Below, in pieces: positions 50,571 through 60,100 of a DNA stretch of 64,000 nt. Origin of the DNA: Minisyncoccia bacterium (lineage in GTDB: Bacteria; Patescibacteriota; Minisyncoccia; 2-02-FULL-40-12; IGHO2-01-FULL-4-A). The DNA is taken from NCBI GenBank assembly GCA_050015375.1, contig JBEKBN010000003.1, positions 16,127-80,126 of the forward strand, read 5' to 3'. Within the stretch, counting starts at the first letter, position 1. Every line of letters begins with the position of its first letter. The translations under genes and the position numbers were made by a program. The notes under the pieces are model-generated. The model saw only the letters and a program-made list of their open reading frames with translations. It was not told where the DNA came from and ran no database searches.

Positions 50571-51293
50571 ATGCCGACTTCCGAAAAAATCCAACTTCAA
50601 GCCGAGCCCCGAACCATTATCGGCCGAAAAGTCAAAACCGTCAGAAAAAACGGTCTTTTACCGGCCGTGATTTACGGCCACGGTTTTGAGGCGCTCAATA
50701 TTCAGATCTCGCTCAAGGACTTTGAGAAGATTTATACCAAAGCCGGAGAATCAACTTTGGTTTATTTGAATGTTGGCGGTGAAACCTACCCGACTATTAT
50801 TCACGAGGTATCTCGCGACCCGCGGAGCGACAAACTCCAGCACGCTGATTTTTACAAAGTCCGGCTCGATGAAAAGATAAAAGCCGATATTCAATTGAAT
50901 TTCATCGGCGAGTCGCCGGCGGTCAAAGGAATGGCCGGAATTTTGGTTAAGAATATTTCTCAATTGGAAGTCGAGGGTTTCCCGCAAGATCTGCCGAATA
51001 AAGTAGATGTTGATATTTCCAAACTTGTGGATTTTAAATCCCAAATTTTGGTCAAGGATCTGCAGTTTTCGCCGAAAGTTGCCGTCAAAGCCAAGCCAGA
51101 AGAGATCGTTTGTCTGATCCAGGAACCGATCTCTGAAGAAGAACTCAAAGCCCAATTGGAAACCCCGGCCGCCGGCGCACCCGAGGAAGTTGAAGTCATC
51201 AAGAAAGAGAAACTGGAAACCGAACCCGCCGAAGGTGAGACCCCGGCGCCGGCGGCACCAGCTCAACCCGAGAAAAAACCCGAGAAAAAGTAA
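50571..51293 (+). CDS. rplY: 50S ribosomal protein L25/Ctc
   Basis: PAVIYGHG, HADFY, GESPAVK. Confidence 0.95.
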   Translation: MPTSEKIQLQAEPRTIIGRKVKTVRKNGLLPAVIYGHGFEALNIQISLKDFEKIYTKAGESTLVYLNVGGETYPTIIHEVSRDPRSDKLQHADFYKVRLDEKIKADIQLNFIGESPAVKGMAGILVKNISQLEVEGFPQDLPNKVDVDISKLVDFKSQILVKDLQFSPKVAVKAKPEEIVCLIQEPISEEELKAQLETPAAGAPEEVEVIKKEKLETEPAEGETPAPAAPAQPEKKPEKK

Positions 51294-51305
51294 CTCAACT
51301 AACAG

Positions 51306-51830
51306 TTATCTGATACCGGCGGTTTTTGCATAGCCATCCCATTTGATGAGCTGACCGGCGGTGAGCTGTTTGGAGTCATCGAGAAGGGATTTGATTTTGT
51401 CGGAATTAAAAGTGATGGTATTGCCGATCTTGAATGTTGATTTATCGATCGTGGCGGCCAGAGCCGTTTCGGCATAAACCCGTTGTCCGGGCGTGGCCGT
51501 CTCAAGCGGATTTGATAATAAATAGGAAGCAATCGCTCGGCGGGTGATATTGATCATGCCATCGCCTTTGCCAACGACTTCGGAAATAGCAGTATTGTTC
51601 ACGGCAATCGGTGTCTCGGTAGGCGATATGCTTTCAGTCGGTTTTTGCCGGGTTGAAATCCCGTAAATTATCAGAGCTAAAATAATTATCGGGAGGACTA
51701 CTTTATAAAAATATTTACCCAACCATTTTTTAACTTTCATGCCCCAGCCCGGCCCTGATTCAAAAACAGGACCCTCGGATGATCTATTTTCCCTCGGCTC
51801 CCTTAATAATATCGGTTGTTGCTCGGACAT
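51306..51830 (-). CDS. Single-TM hypothetical protein
   Basis: TM segment, then VGKGDGMINITRRAI. Confidence 0.65.
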   Translation of the reverse strand: MSEQQPILLREPRENRSSEGPVFESGPGWGMKVKKWLGKYFYKVVLPIIILALIIYGISTRQKPTESISPTETPIAVNNTAISEVVGKGDGMINITRRAIASYLLSNPLETATPGQRVYAETALAATIDKSTFKIGNTITFNSDKIKSLLDDSKQLTAGQLIKWDGYAKTAGIR

Positions 51831-51843
51831 AGTTTCCGAATCA

Positions 51844-51907
51844 AGAATCACGAATTATGAATCACGAATAACAATCCCGTGATTCATGATTCTTTTTTCA
51901 TGATTCA
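51844..51907. repeat. Heptamer (GAATCAT/C) repeats in inverted arrangement
   Basis: gaatcacgaattatgaatcacg..cgtgattcatgattc..tcatgattc; same unit as the iscS insert. Confidence 0.6.
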
Positions 51908-51910
51908 ATT

Positions 51911-52807
51911 TTACGATTGCTTAGAAAGTTCCTCAATTATCGACTCAAGATTTCCATCAAGTATTTTTGAAATGTTGCCCCAACTTTTTTTGACTCTGTG
52001 GTCGGTGATGCGGTCTTGGGGAAAATTGTAAGTTCTGATCTTCTCCGAACGGTCAGCGGTGCCGATCTGACGACGTCGCTCCGATGTCAGCGCGCCTTCC
52101 TCCTGATTTCTTTTTATATCTAACAACTTCGTCCGCAAAATTTCAAGAGCCCGTTCTTTGTTTCTGGCTTGGGATCTTTCCTCTTGAGAACTTACCACCA
52201 AACCTGACGGTTTGTGAACCAGCCGGACGGCAGTCGAGACCTTGTTGACATTTTGGCCGCCCGGGCCGCCGGAGCGGTAAAAAGAAATTTCAATGTCGTC
52301 GGGCTTGATCTCAATGTCGGTTTCTTTGGCTTTCGGCAAGACCGCCACCGAAACGGTGGAGGTGTGAACCCGGCCACCTTTCTCGGTATCGGGTATCCGT
52401 TGAACTCGGTGAACGCCGGATTCATATTTCATTTTTTCCAAAACGCCGTTGCCGCTAAGCTCGAAAACCATATTTTTGTAACCGCCAAGAGAAGATTGGC
52501 TATAATCCAAAATAGTCAAATGCCAACCCTGGATCGCGGCGTATTTTTTATACATTTCAAAAAGCGTTGCCCCGAATAATCCGGCTTCATCACCGCCGGC
52601 GCCGGCGCGGATCTCGACGATGGCTTCACTATAAATGGCGGCGCCCGACGGCGCGCCGTCGGGCGCCGCCAAAAGTCGTTCTATCTCGGCATATCTTTTT
52701 GACACTTCAGCCACCTTCTTATAATCTAAAACAAACCCAGGGTCGCTGAGCTGTTTCTGGATAGCGTCGAGTTCCTGTTTTAATTCCTCCTTGGAAGCCA
52801 TTGGCAT
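51911..52807 (-). CDS. prfA: Peptide chain release factor 1, shortened domain 1
   Basis: EIRAGAGGDEA, HRVQRIPDTE (PxT), GGPGGQNVNK. Confidence 0.93.
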   Translation of the reverse strand: MPMASKEELKQELDAIQKQLSDPGFVLDYKKVAEVSKRYAEIERLLAAPDGAPSGAAIYSEAIVEIRAGAGGDEAGLFGATLFEMYKKYAAIQGWHLTILDYSQSSLGGYKNMVFELSGNGVLEKMKYESGVHRVQRIPDTEKGGRVHTSTVSVAVLPKAKETDIEIKPDDIEISFYRSGGPGGQNVNKVSTAVRLVHKPSGLVVSSQEERSQARNKERALEILRTKLLDIKRNQEEGALTSERRRQIGTADRSEKIRTYNFPQDRITDHRVKKSWGNISKILDGNLESIIEELSKQS

Positions 52808-52813
52808 TAAGAT

Positions 52814-53074
52814 CTATTTGGAGGTCTTCTTTAAACGAGGTTTCTTAACCAATTTGTTCTTTATCTTTTCCTCCGATTTCGAGGCGCGTTTTTTGAATTT
52901 ATCCACTCGACCCCGAGTATCAACCAGTTTCTCCTTGCCGGTATAGAAAGGGTGGCACTTATCGCAGATTTCCACGCTAATTTCCGGCAACGTAGCGCCG
53001 GTCTTCCAGTGATTCCCGCAAGCGCAACGAACAGAGGCCTCGGGATAGTATTTGGGGTGAATGTCAGATTTCAT
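52814..53074 (-). CDS. rpmE: 50S ribosomal protein L31 (Zn-binding form)
   Basis: [23 protein letters not shown]. Confidence 0.95.
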   Translation of the reverse strand: MKSDIHPKYYPEASVRCACGNHWKTGATLPEISVEICDKCHPFYTGKEKLVDTRGRVDKFKKRASKSEEKIKNKLVKKPRLKKTSK

Positions 53075-53153
53075 ATACGGTAGCTTATCATTAACTTCAA
53101 TGGATGACAAGGCGAACTTGCTCATTCTCTTCAATTTTGTTATGCTTTAACTT

Positions 53154-53843
53154 ATGTCAAAACCCGAATCACAAATGCCCGCTTACGAAGACATGATCAA
53201 AGCCGGTATGCATTTTGGCAGGAAAAAAACGATTTTCCATCCCCGCATGGAACCGTTTGTTTATACTCTGAAGGACAATATTTACATTATTGACCTTATC
53301 AAAACGACTGGCGCCCTTCTAAAAACCATTGATTTCCTTAAAAAATTAATAGCCGAGGGCAAGATGGTTTTATTTGTCGGCCAAACCAAGCAATCCACCG
53401 AGGCCATCAAGGCCACCGCCGAAGCGCTGGGCATGCCTTTCGTGATCGATCGCTGGCTGGGAGGCACATTCACGAATTTCAAAACCATCAACGCCCGGGT
53501 GAAATATCTCGAAGACCTGGAGAAAAAACAGGCCTCGGGCGATTTCGAGAAGTATACCAAACGGGAAAAAGCGATGAAAGAGAAAGAGATCGCCACTCTT
53601 CGCAAAAATTTTGACGGTATCAGAAAACTGACCCGAGTACCGGACGCGGTCTTCGTTTCCTCGCTCAAAGAAAGCCAATTGCCGGTCAGGGAAGCTAAGC
53701 TTTCCGGCGTTAAGATCATAGCTATCGTTAACACCGATAGCGACCCGAAGCAGGTTGATTATCCGATCCCGGCGAACGACAATTCAAAAAAAGCGGTTGA
53801 GATGATCCTAGAAACGATCAAAAACGCGCTTATAACCAACTAA
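53154..53843 (+). CDS. rpsB: 30S ribosomal protein S2
   Basis: AGMHFG, RWLGGTFTNF, IPANDNS. Confidence 0.96.
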   Translation: MSKPESQMPAYEDMIKAGMHFGRKKTIFHPRMEPFVYTLKDNIYIIDLIKTTGALLKTIDFLKKLIAEGKMVLFVGQTKQSTEAIKATAEALGMPFVIDRWLGGTFTNFKTINARVKYLEDLEKKQASGDFEKYTKREKAMKEKEIATLRKNFDGIRKLTRVPDAVFVSSLKESQLPVREAKLSGVKIIAIVNTDSDPKQVDYPIPANDNSKKAVEMILETIKNALITN

Positions 53844-53846
53844 CCA

Positions 53847-54296
53847 ATGTCTGACATCGAAACGATCAAACAACTTCGCGATTCCACCGGTTTTTCTTTC
53901 AATGAGATTCGCAAAGCGTTGGAAGAAGCCGGCGGCGACAAAGCCAGAGCCATCGAGGTTTTGAAAGCCCACGGCGCCAGCATTGCCGAAAAAAAATCAA
54001 CCCGGACGACAAGCCAGGGAATAATCGAGGCCTACATCCATTCGACCAAAAAAGTCGGAGCGATGGTGGAAATTTTGTGCGAAACGGATTTTGTCGCCAG
54101 AAATCCCTTGTTCAGTGAACTGGCTCACGAGCTGGCAATGCATATCGCCGCCATGGATCCGGCGGACTCAAAAACCTTGATGGCCCAGCCATACATAAAA
54201 GATCCGGACCAAACCGTCGCCAATTTCATCCAAAATTATATTGCTAAGCTCGGAGAAAACATCAAGGTCGGCAAATTCGCAAGGTTTCAATTATAA
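53847..54296 (+). CDS. tsf: Elongation factor Ts (short form)
   Basis: IKQLRDSTG, CETDFVA, LGENIKV; follows rpsB. Confidence 0.95.
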   Translation: MSDIETIKQLRDSTGFSFNEIRKALEEAGGDKARAIEVLKAHGASIAEKKSTRTTSQGIIEAYIHSTKKVGAMVEILCETDFVARNPLFSELAHELAMHIAAMDPADSKTLMAQPYIKDPDQTVANFIQNYIAKLGENIKVGKFARFQL

Positions 54297-54299
54297 TCC

Positions 54300-54932
54300 A
54301 TGTATCTTTATCTTCCCCTAGGCATTTTCGTGGTTTCAGTGGTTTTGATAATCTGGATCATTTCCCGTAAATTTGTGTACCTCAAAAAACTCACCCCCGA
54401 AGCCATTGAATCGGTCTCCGGCGAGCCCGGCTTTTGGAGCGAGATGTTTCCCGAAATATCAGATTATTTCAAAAAAACCAATTTTAGACAACACGGCGTC
54501 ACGCTTTTATCGGAATTTGAGAAAACACTTCGAAGGATCAGGTTGCTTTTCATGAAATTCGATACTTTCACAGGCAAAGTCATTCATTCGGTCAGAAAAA
54601 CTACCAAACAACAAGAGGCAGTGATCATCAAACAAGCCGAAAAAGCCGAAGAAGAAAAACCGCAAGAGATCGACCCCTTTGAGCTAGGCGAAGCGAGCCG
54701 TGAAGAATTGAAGCAAAAAGAACAATATCTTATCATTGAAATAGCCAAGAATCCCAAAGATGCTCCCTTGTACAAAGAACTCGGTTCGTTGTACATGCGG
54801 ACAGGCGAGCTGGAAGATGCCAAACAATCCTTTGAAAAAGTTTTGGAACTCAACCCCGAAGATGAAACCACAAAACGAAAACTCGGCCGTGTTCTGGCCA
54901 AGCTCGAAGAACAGAAGAGGGGAGAAAAGTAG
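54300..54932 (+). CDS. Membrane-anchored TPR protein
   Basis: N-terminal TM; YKELGSLY..A...FEKVLELNP. Confidence 0.8.
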   Translation: MYLYLPLGIFVVSVVLIIWIISRKFVYLKKLTPEAIESVSGEPGFWSEMFPEISDYFKKTNFRQHGVTLLSEFEKTLRRIRLLFMKFDTFTGKVIHSVRKTTKQQEAVIIKQAEKAEEEKPQEIDPFELGEASREELKQKEQYLIIEIAKNPKDAPLYKELGSLYMRTGELEDAKQSFEKVLELNPEDETTKRKLGRVLAKLEEQKRGEK

Positions 54933-54936
54933 GATT

Positions 54937-55010
54937 GCCGGAGTAGCTCAACGGTAGAGCAGCACTTTTGTAAAGTGAAGGCTTGTCGGGTTCGAATCCC
55001 ACCTCCGGCT
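54937..55010 (+). tRNA. tRNA-Thr(TGT), irregular variable loop/T-stem
   Basis: GCCGGAG/CTCCGGC acceptor, loop TTTGTAA, TTCGAAT. Confidence 0.8.
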
Positions 55011-55011
55011 C

Positions 55012-55656
55012 ATGTCTTACGATTTTTATAAATCCGAAGATTATAGACAAAGACAAAGTATATTAACAAAACTAAATTGGCAGAAAGGAGTTTTTGATCA
55101 TCGGATAAGGAATGAAAAGAGAATTTGTAAACGAAGGGGATGCCATAAAGTATTCTATGCCAAACCTAGCAATCCCAAAGTTTTTTGTTCCATATCCTGC
55201 GCTGCAATATACAATAATACAGGGCGGATTCGACGCAGAATAACTTATTGCTTAAATTGCAACAAAAAAACTCCACGCTCTGGCTATAAATATTGTAGTA
55301 ATGCGTGCCAAATCGGTTTTCAATACAAAACATACATTCAAAAATGGAAAGAAGGCAAAAAGAATGGATTAAACGAAAGTATCGGAGTCGTAAATAAGTA
55401 TGTTAAAAGATATTTAAGAGAAAAATATAAAAATGAATGTTGTTTGTGTGGTTGGTCACAAATAAATCCAAGAACAAATACAATTCCCTTATCAGCTGAT
55501 CATATAGATGGAAATTGGCGGAATAATCGAGAAGAAAATTTAAGATTACTTTGTCCAAATTGTGATTCTTTAACTCCAACCTATAAGAACCTAAATAAAG
55601 GTAGAGGAAGGAATATTAGATTGCTTGGACTAAAGAAAGTGAGTAAGTTAGTATAA
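55012..55656 (+). CDS. HNH endonuclease with Zn-finger repeats
   Basis: FCSISC, YCSNAC, CCLCG, DHIDGN..NN..ENLRLLCPNC. Confidence 0.9.
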   Translation: MSYDFYKSEDYRQRQSILTKLNWQKGVFDHRIRNEKRICKRRGCHKVFYAKPSNPKVFCSISCAAIYNNTGRIRRRITYCLNCNKKTPRSGYKYCSNACQIGFQYKTYIQKWKEGKKNGLNESIGVVNKYVKRYLREKYKNECCLCGWSQINPRTNTIPLSADHIDGNWRNNREENLRLLCPNCDSLTPTYKNLNKGRGRNIRLLGLKKVSKLV

Positions 55657-55670
55657 ATTTTATCAAATTT

Positions 55671-55753
55671 GGGCGGTTGGGTGAGTAGCAATACCAGCGC
55701 GCTGTAAACGCGCCGACCATCGGTCTTCGGGGGTGCAAGTCCCTCACCGCCCA
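55671..55753 (+). tRNA. tRNA-Tyr(GTA)
   Basis: GGGCGGT/ACCGCCC acceptor, GCGCG-CTGTAAA-CGCGC, long variable arm. Confidence 0.92.
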
Positions 55754-55790
55754 CAAGAAATTTATATTATAACAACAGATGACATGATTA

Positions 55791-55862
55791 GCCGGGGTAG
55801 TTCAGTGGCAGAACGCTTTCTTGGTAAGAAAGAAGTCGTGAGTTCGATTCTCACCTCCGGCT
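55791..55862 (+). tRNA. tRNA-Thr(GGT)
   Basis: GCCGGGG/CTCCGGC acceptor, CTTTC-TTGGTAA-GAAAG. Confidence 0.93.
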
Positions 55863-55939
55863 CAGTAATTATTTGCAATTATAAATTTTCGATGATCATT
55901 TATTTGAAAATTGAAAATTGAAAATTGAAAATTATATTC

Positions 55940-56104
55940 ATGTCACAAGACAGCTTGATAAAATTAAGATGTTCAGTGTGTAAGAAGGGGATGAGCTTTA
56001 CAACAAAGAACAAGAAGTTGGTTACAAGAAAATTGGAATATAAAAAATATTGCAATGTTTGTCGGAAGCATAATCTATTTAAAGAAGTAAAACTCACCGC
56101 TTAG
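55940..56104 (+). CDS. rpmG: 50S ribosomal protein L33
   Basis: MSQDSLIKLRCSVC..TTKNKK..KLEYKKYCNVCRKH..FKE, 54 aa; below the track's length cutoff. Confidence 0.93.
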   Translation: MSQDSLIKLRCSVCKKGMSFTTKNKKLVTRKLEYKKYCNVCRKHNLFKEVKLTA

Positions 56105-56113
56105 GTGAGCATC

Positions 56114-56274
56114 GGGGGCGTCGTTCAGTGGCAGGACGCTGGTCTCCAATCCCATCACATTCAAAATGGGGATGTCGGTTAACGGCAAACCAACGGTCTC
56201 CAAAACCGTGACTGTAGGTTCGATTCCTACCATCCCCGCGTTAAGAATGTGAGGGACGATTCCTTGCGCCCCCG
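56114..56274 (+). pseudogene. Disrupted outer tRNA-Trp (5' half 56114-56149; 3' end 56257-56274)
   Basis: GGGGGCG TC GTTC AGTGGCA GGAC G CTGGT CTCCAA ... CGATTCCTTG CGCCCCC G. Confidence 0.75.
56168..56238 (+). tRNA. tRNA-Trp(CCA), intact, nested
   Basis: GGGGATG/CATCCCC acceptor, ACGGT-CTCCAAA-ACCGT, GTAGG-TTCGATT-CCTAC. Confidence 0.92.
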
Positions 56275-56275
56275 C

Positions 56276-56431
56276 AAAATCAAAAACAGCCCTGCGGCTG
56301 TTTTTGATTTGAGGAGCAAGGAATCGAACGTCGGAGCGATATTTCGTTAGAAGACGAAATCGCGAGATGGTGCCCAGACCGAGGCGAGAGACGGCAAGCC
56401 GAGAGTCGAGGGAGATTTCATTGCGCACCCC
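56276..56431 (+). other. tRNA-trailer structured element
   Basis: Hairpin aaatcaaaaacagcc/ggctgtttttgattt, antisense T-arm gcaaggaatcgaa, gcgatatttcg..cgaaatcgc hairpin, degenerate 3'-end copy gatttcattgcgcacccc. Confidence 0.6.
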
Positions 56432-56490
56432 TTAAAACGATTAAATTAAAAAACCTCTTTAATGAGGCTTTTTAATTATAACAGTTTAAA

Positions 56491-56685
56491 TTATTTATTA
56501 ATGTTCACACTCACTTCGATTCTCTTCATGAGGTTTTCAACATCCTCAACTTTATAAAGCCGGTAGTTATTCACAGGGTTGCGGAATGCAACAAGCCGCC
56601 CTTTTTTGTCCCAATTGCGGACTGTCAAGGGCGTAACACCGAAAATTTTTGCGACTTCATTAACGGACAAATATCTCTTTGGCAT
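56491..56685 (-). CDS. MerR-type HTH-only protein
   Basis: LSVNEVAKIFGVTPLTVRNWD..G.L...RNPVNNYRLY. Confidence 0.88.
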   Translation of the reverse strand: MPKRYLSVNEVAKIFGVTPLTVRNWDKKGRLVAFRNPVNNYRLYKVEDVENLMKRIEVSVNINK

Positions 56686-57189
56686 GTTACAGGGTCATCA
56701 TAAATTATTAAAAACACCTAAATTTTGATGTAATGAACAAAAAAATTCGTTAATTTATGATAAATGTTTATCAAAAAAGTATTATCAATGTTTATTAATG
56801 TATACATATGATAGTATAACTTTCTTTTATTTTAAAGGCGAGGGGATAACTTTTTGATTTCCGGGAACATCCTAACATTATTTGAAGTAAAAAGATTTAC
56901 CAGGTATTAGAATCCCATTATAGAAGAAGAAAGTTATCAACAAATTTTAAAAACGATGCTCTATAATTAGTACATGATTTTATTATCGGATATCGCATCG
57001 GATTACGCATCCGATATATGAGAATAAATCAATGAATCCCAAGTTATTTATAAACATCCGATAACGCACAGCGACCCCGATAATATCGGGGTCGCCTGGA
57101 ACGCGCGTTTATGACTTTAGTGAGTCATAAACTATAACAATTTTACTAAAAATAAGTACCCGTGTAAACACTAAAAAAGAAGACGTCTG

Positions 57190-60100
57190 ATGCCAAAATA
57201 TTTCGAAGAAAAAAAATACATTTCTCTTCAAGAGGCCTCAAAACTTTGTTCGTATTCTCCGGAGTACCTTCGTCTTTTAGCGCGACAGAAAAAGATCATT
57301 TCAAAACGCATCGGTAGAAATTGGTACACAACCGAGGAAGCGGTTCAAAAATATGTCGCCAAACAAAGTTTGACGATTGTCATTCCGAAAAGTGTATTTA
57401 CCGGAACAAATGGGGAGGAAGAACAGAGTGCCGAAATCAAATTAACTTCGAATGGATCAGAGACCGGCCAAGAGGTGATAAAGTTGGTTTCTGAAGCTGA
57501 TCTTAAGGACACGATTGAAAAAGCAAAATATGAAGAAGAAATAAAAGAAAAAAAGACGGAAAGTATTCTGGAAAATATACACGCGGATCTTGCGAACATT
57601 TCAGAATATAATTTGAGTAGCAGACAAGAGTTAAATGAAATAAAAAGCGGAGTGAAACTTCAAGAAAAAGTAGCCGGTGATCTTGGAAGCATTTCCATGA
57701 GTCTGGAAAAACTCTCCGAACTTCAAAACCAACAGCTGTCGCATATCCAGAGAATGGAGATAGAACAGATCCATTCCCAAAAGGATAAAGAAATACCGGA
57801 GCAGATCGCTATTTCACTCGCGGCACTATCGGAAAATCTAAAACAGCTTTCTTCGATTCACGACCTGCAATTAAAACAGGTTGAAATGCAAAAAGAAATG
57901 ACGGATTCGAAAATGGCTGAAATGCCGAAGCTTATTGATGTTGAGAAAATTCAAAAATCAATCGACGGAACCAATGAAAGAACCGAAAAAATACTTGAAA
58001 AAATTAATCAGGGGTTATCGGGATTAATGGAAAAAAATAACGCTGAAAGGCCGGTTCAAATCATTGAGCATGAAACCGCGCCGAAAGTTATCAATGTTCA
58101 TTACGATACAAAATCGCAGGATGAAATAAAGGAATCGCTCGATAAAATAACCGAAAACCTGAAGCAGCTGTCGCTGATTCAGAATGTTCAATTAAAACAG
58201 ATTCAATTGCAACAGCAGTCGTTTGATAAAGCGATCATTCAAAATCTTGAATTAAAACAGGAGCAACTGCAAAGTCAAAACGCTCAGCCGGCAGTTCAAC
58301 CTGTTGCTTCAATGTTGCCACAAGTATTTAATCCCGAATTCATTTCTGAAAGAACTGACAGGATTCTCGAAAAAATCTACACTTCGGTGGACAGATTGGT
58401 TCAGGCGCAGGAAACGCAATTGCTTGAAAAAACAATTAGACCCGAACCCCAGATAATTCAAGTTCAAGTTCCCACTCCTTCGACTCCGGCTTACAGATTT
58501 CAGACGCCGATCTACGAATCAACTCCGCCAGTCGTCGCGCTTCCTCCGAAGCTTGAAGAATTTCTCGATGTCCAGGCCGGTAGCATTGATTACAAATTAA
58601 AAAAACTCGACAAGGAAGGTAAAAAAATATTCAGCGACCGGAAAAAAAGCATGGCTTTGGTTTTTTCTGTGGTCATTGTTATTTTTCTTCTCGTCGGCGG
58701 ATTCAGTTTTGGAAATTTCAACGGCATCGGCATGGCCATCAAAGGGGTTTTCAAGAACGCCGACACCATTCAGGGGCATTTTGCTGGCACTCATCCCAAC
58801 GAAGTTCTACTTCTTGACGCTAACGGTAACATCGCCATCGCCGGCCATGTCGAGACCACGGCCGTCCAGTTAGATTCCACCGACGGTTCAGCGCCGATCA
58901 TCGTTGACCAGAATTTTTTGAAGAATCTGAAAGGCGGAACGATAAACATCAATGGCGTGGATTCAGGCAAATTCACTCTGGCTTTTGTTACGGCTAACGG
59001 CAATGTAACTTATCAAGATGTGAAATTGGAGGGAAATATTGAGGTCGGAAAAACTCTGATGGTCAAAGGCGCGACCCAATTATTAGCTTCTCTGACAATT
59101 GCTAAGGGTGATCTGAATATCGCCAGCGGCAATTTGAATCTCGGCACCGGCACCATCACCACCAACAACAAAACGATGGTGAAAAACTTGAATGCCGAAT
59201 ATTTGCAGGGCAAGACGCCGGCGGATTTTGTTACTGGTGTGGCGAATACCGTGGCAAACACCGTTGCCGGCAGTCAAACCCTTGATTCCGTTGTCACTAA
59301 CGGCAATTCAACAAGCCACACCGCGTTTTTCAATGGCGGGCTATACGGCGGCGCCGGCAGTTTTGCAACCTTGGGCGTCGGCGGCGATGTCGGGTTGGGC
59401 AAGCAATCTGACCCGAGCAGTGTCACAATGACATCCTATTTCAAGAACTTTACTCTTGATTCGAGCGGTAATAGTTCATTTACTGGCAATGTCGGTGTTG
59501 GAGGAAACCTAAATATCTCCGGCACAACGACAACACAAAACTTGGATGTTAACGGCACAGCGGACATTAATATTGCATCTGTTTCGGCGTATTTTGGAAA
59601 TGGAATGCCGACATCCGATTGCAGTAGTGTTGGTCAGGCGTTATTGTGGAACAAAATTACCGGAAAATTTTCTTGCGGTATCGCCGGTACTGGTTCGGGT
59701 GGCGGCTGGGTAACCGTAAAATCAGGCAATACTGAAGTTTTAGCGTCATCATCAATCCTAAATTTTAATAGCGGCAAATTCACCGCAACGGCGAGCGGAG
59801 ATAGTGAAACATTACTAAACCTTAATTGGGGAAATGGAGGACCGGCATCGCGTTCGCAAGAAAATACCTGGACCGCCCTCAATACTTTTAGCAATATCAG
59901 CATGGGCACTGTGGTCAGCGGGTCTTGGCACGGAACAGCCATTGGCGCTCAATATGGCGGCACCGGATTATCCGCTATTACTAATAATCAGCTTTTGATC
60001 GGAGGCCCGGGCGATACAATTGTTCAAGTTGCCACATCTTCTTTGGGCTTGATTGGCGATAACGATTTTACCGCCAACGGTCTTATGGCCAGAACATCAG

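Noticed and set aside
56150-56256. Group I intron in tRNA-Trp
   Set aside because: Only ~107 nt, mostly a second tRNA, with no catalytic core; removing it would not restore a complete tRNA.
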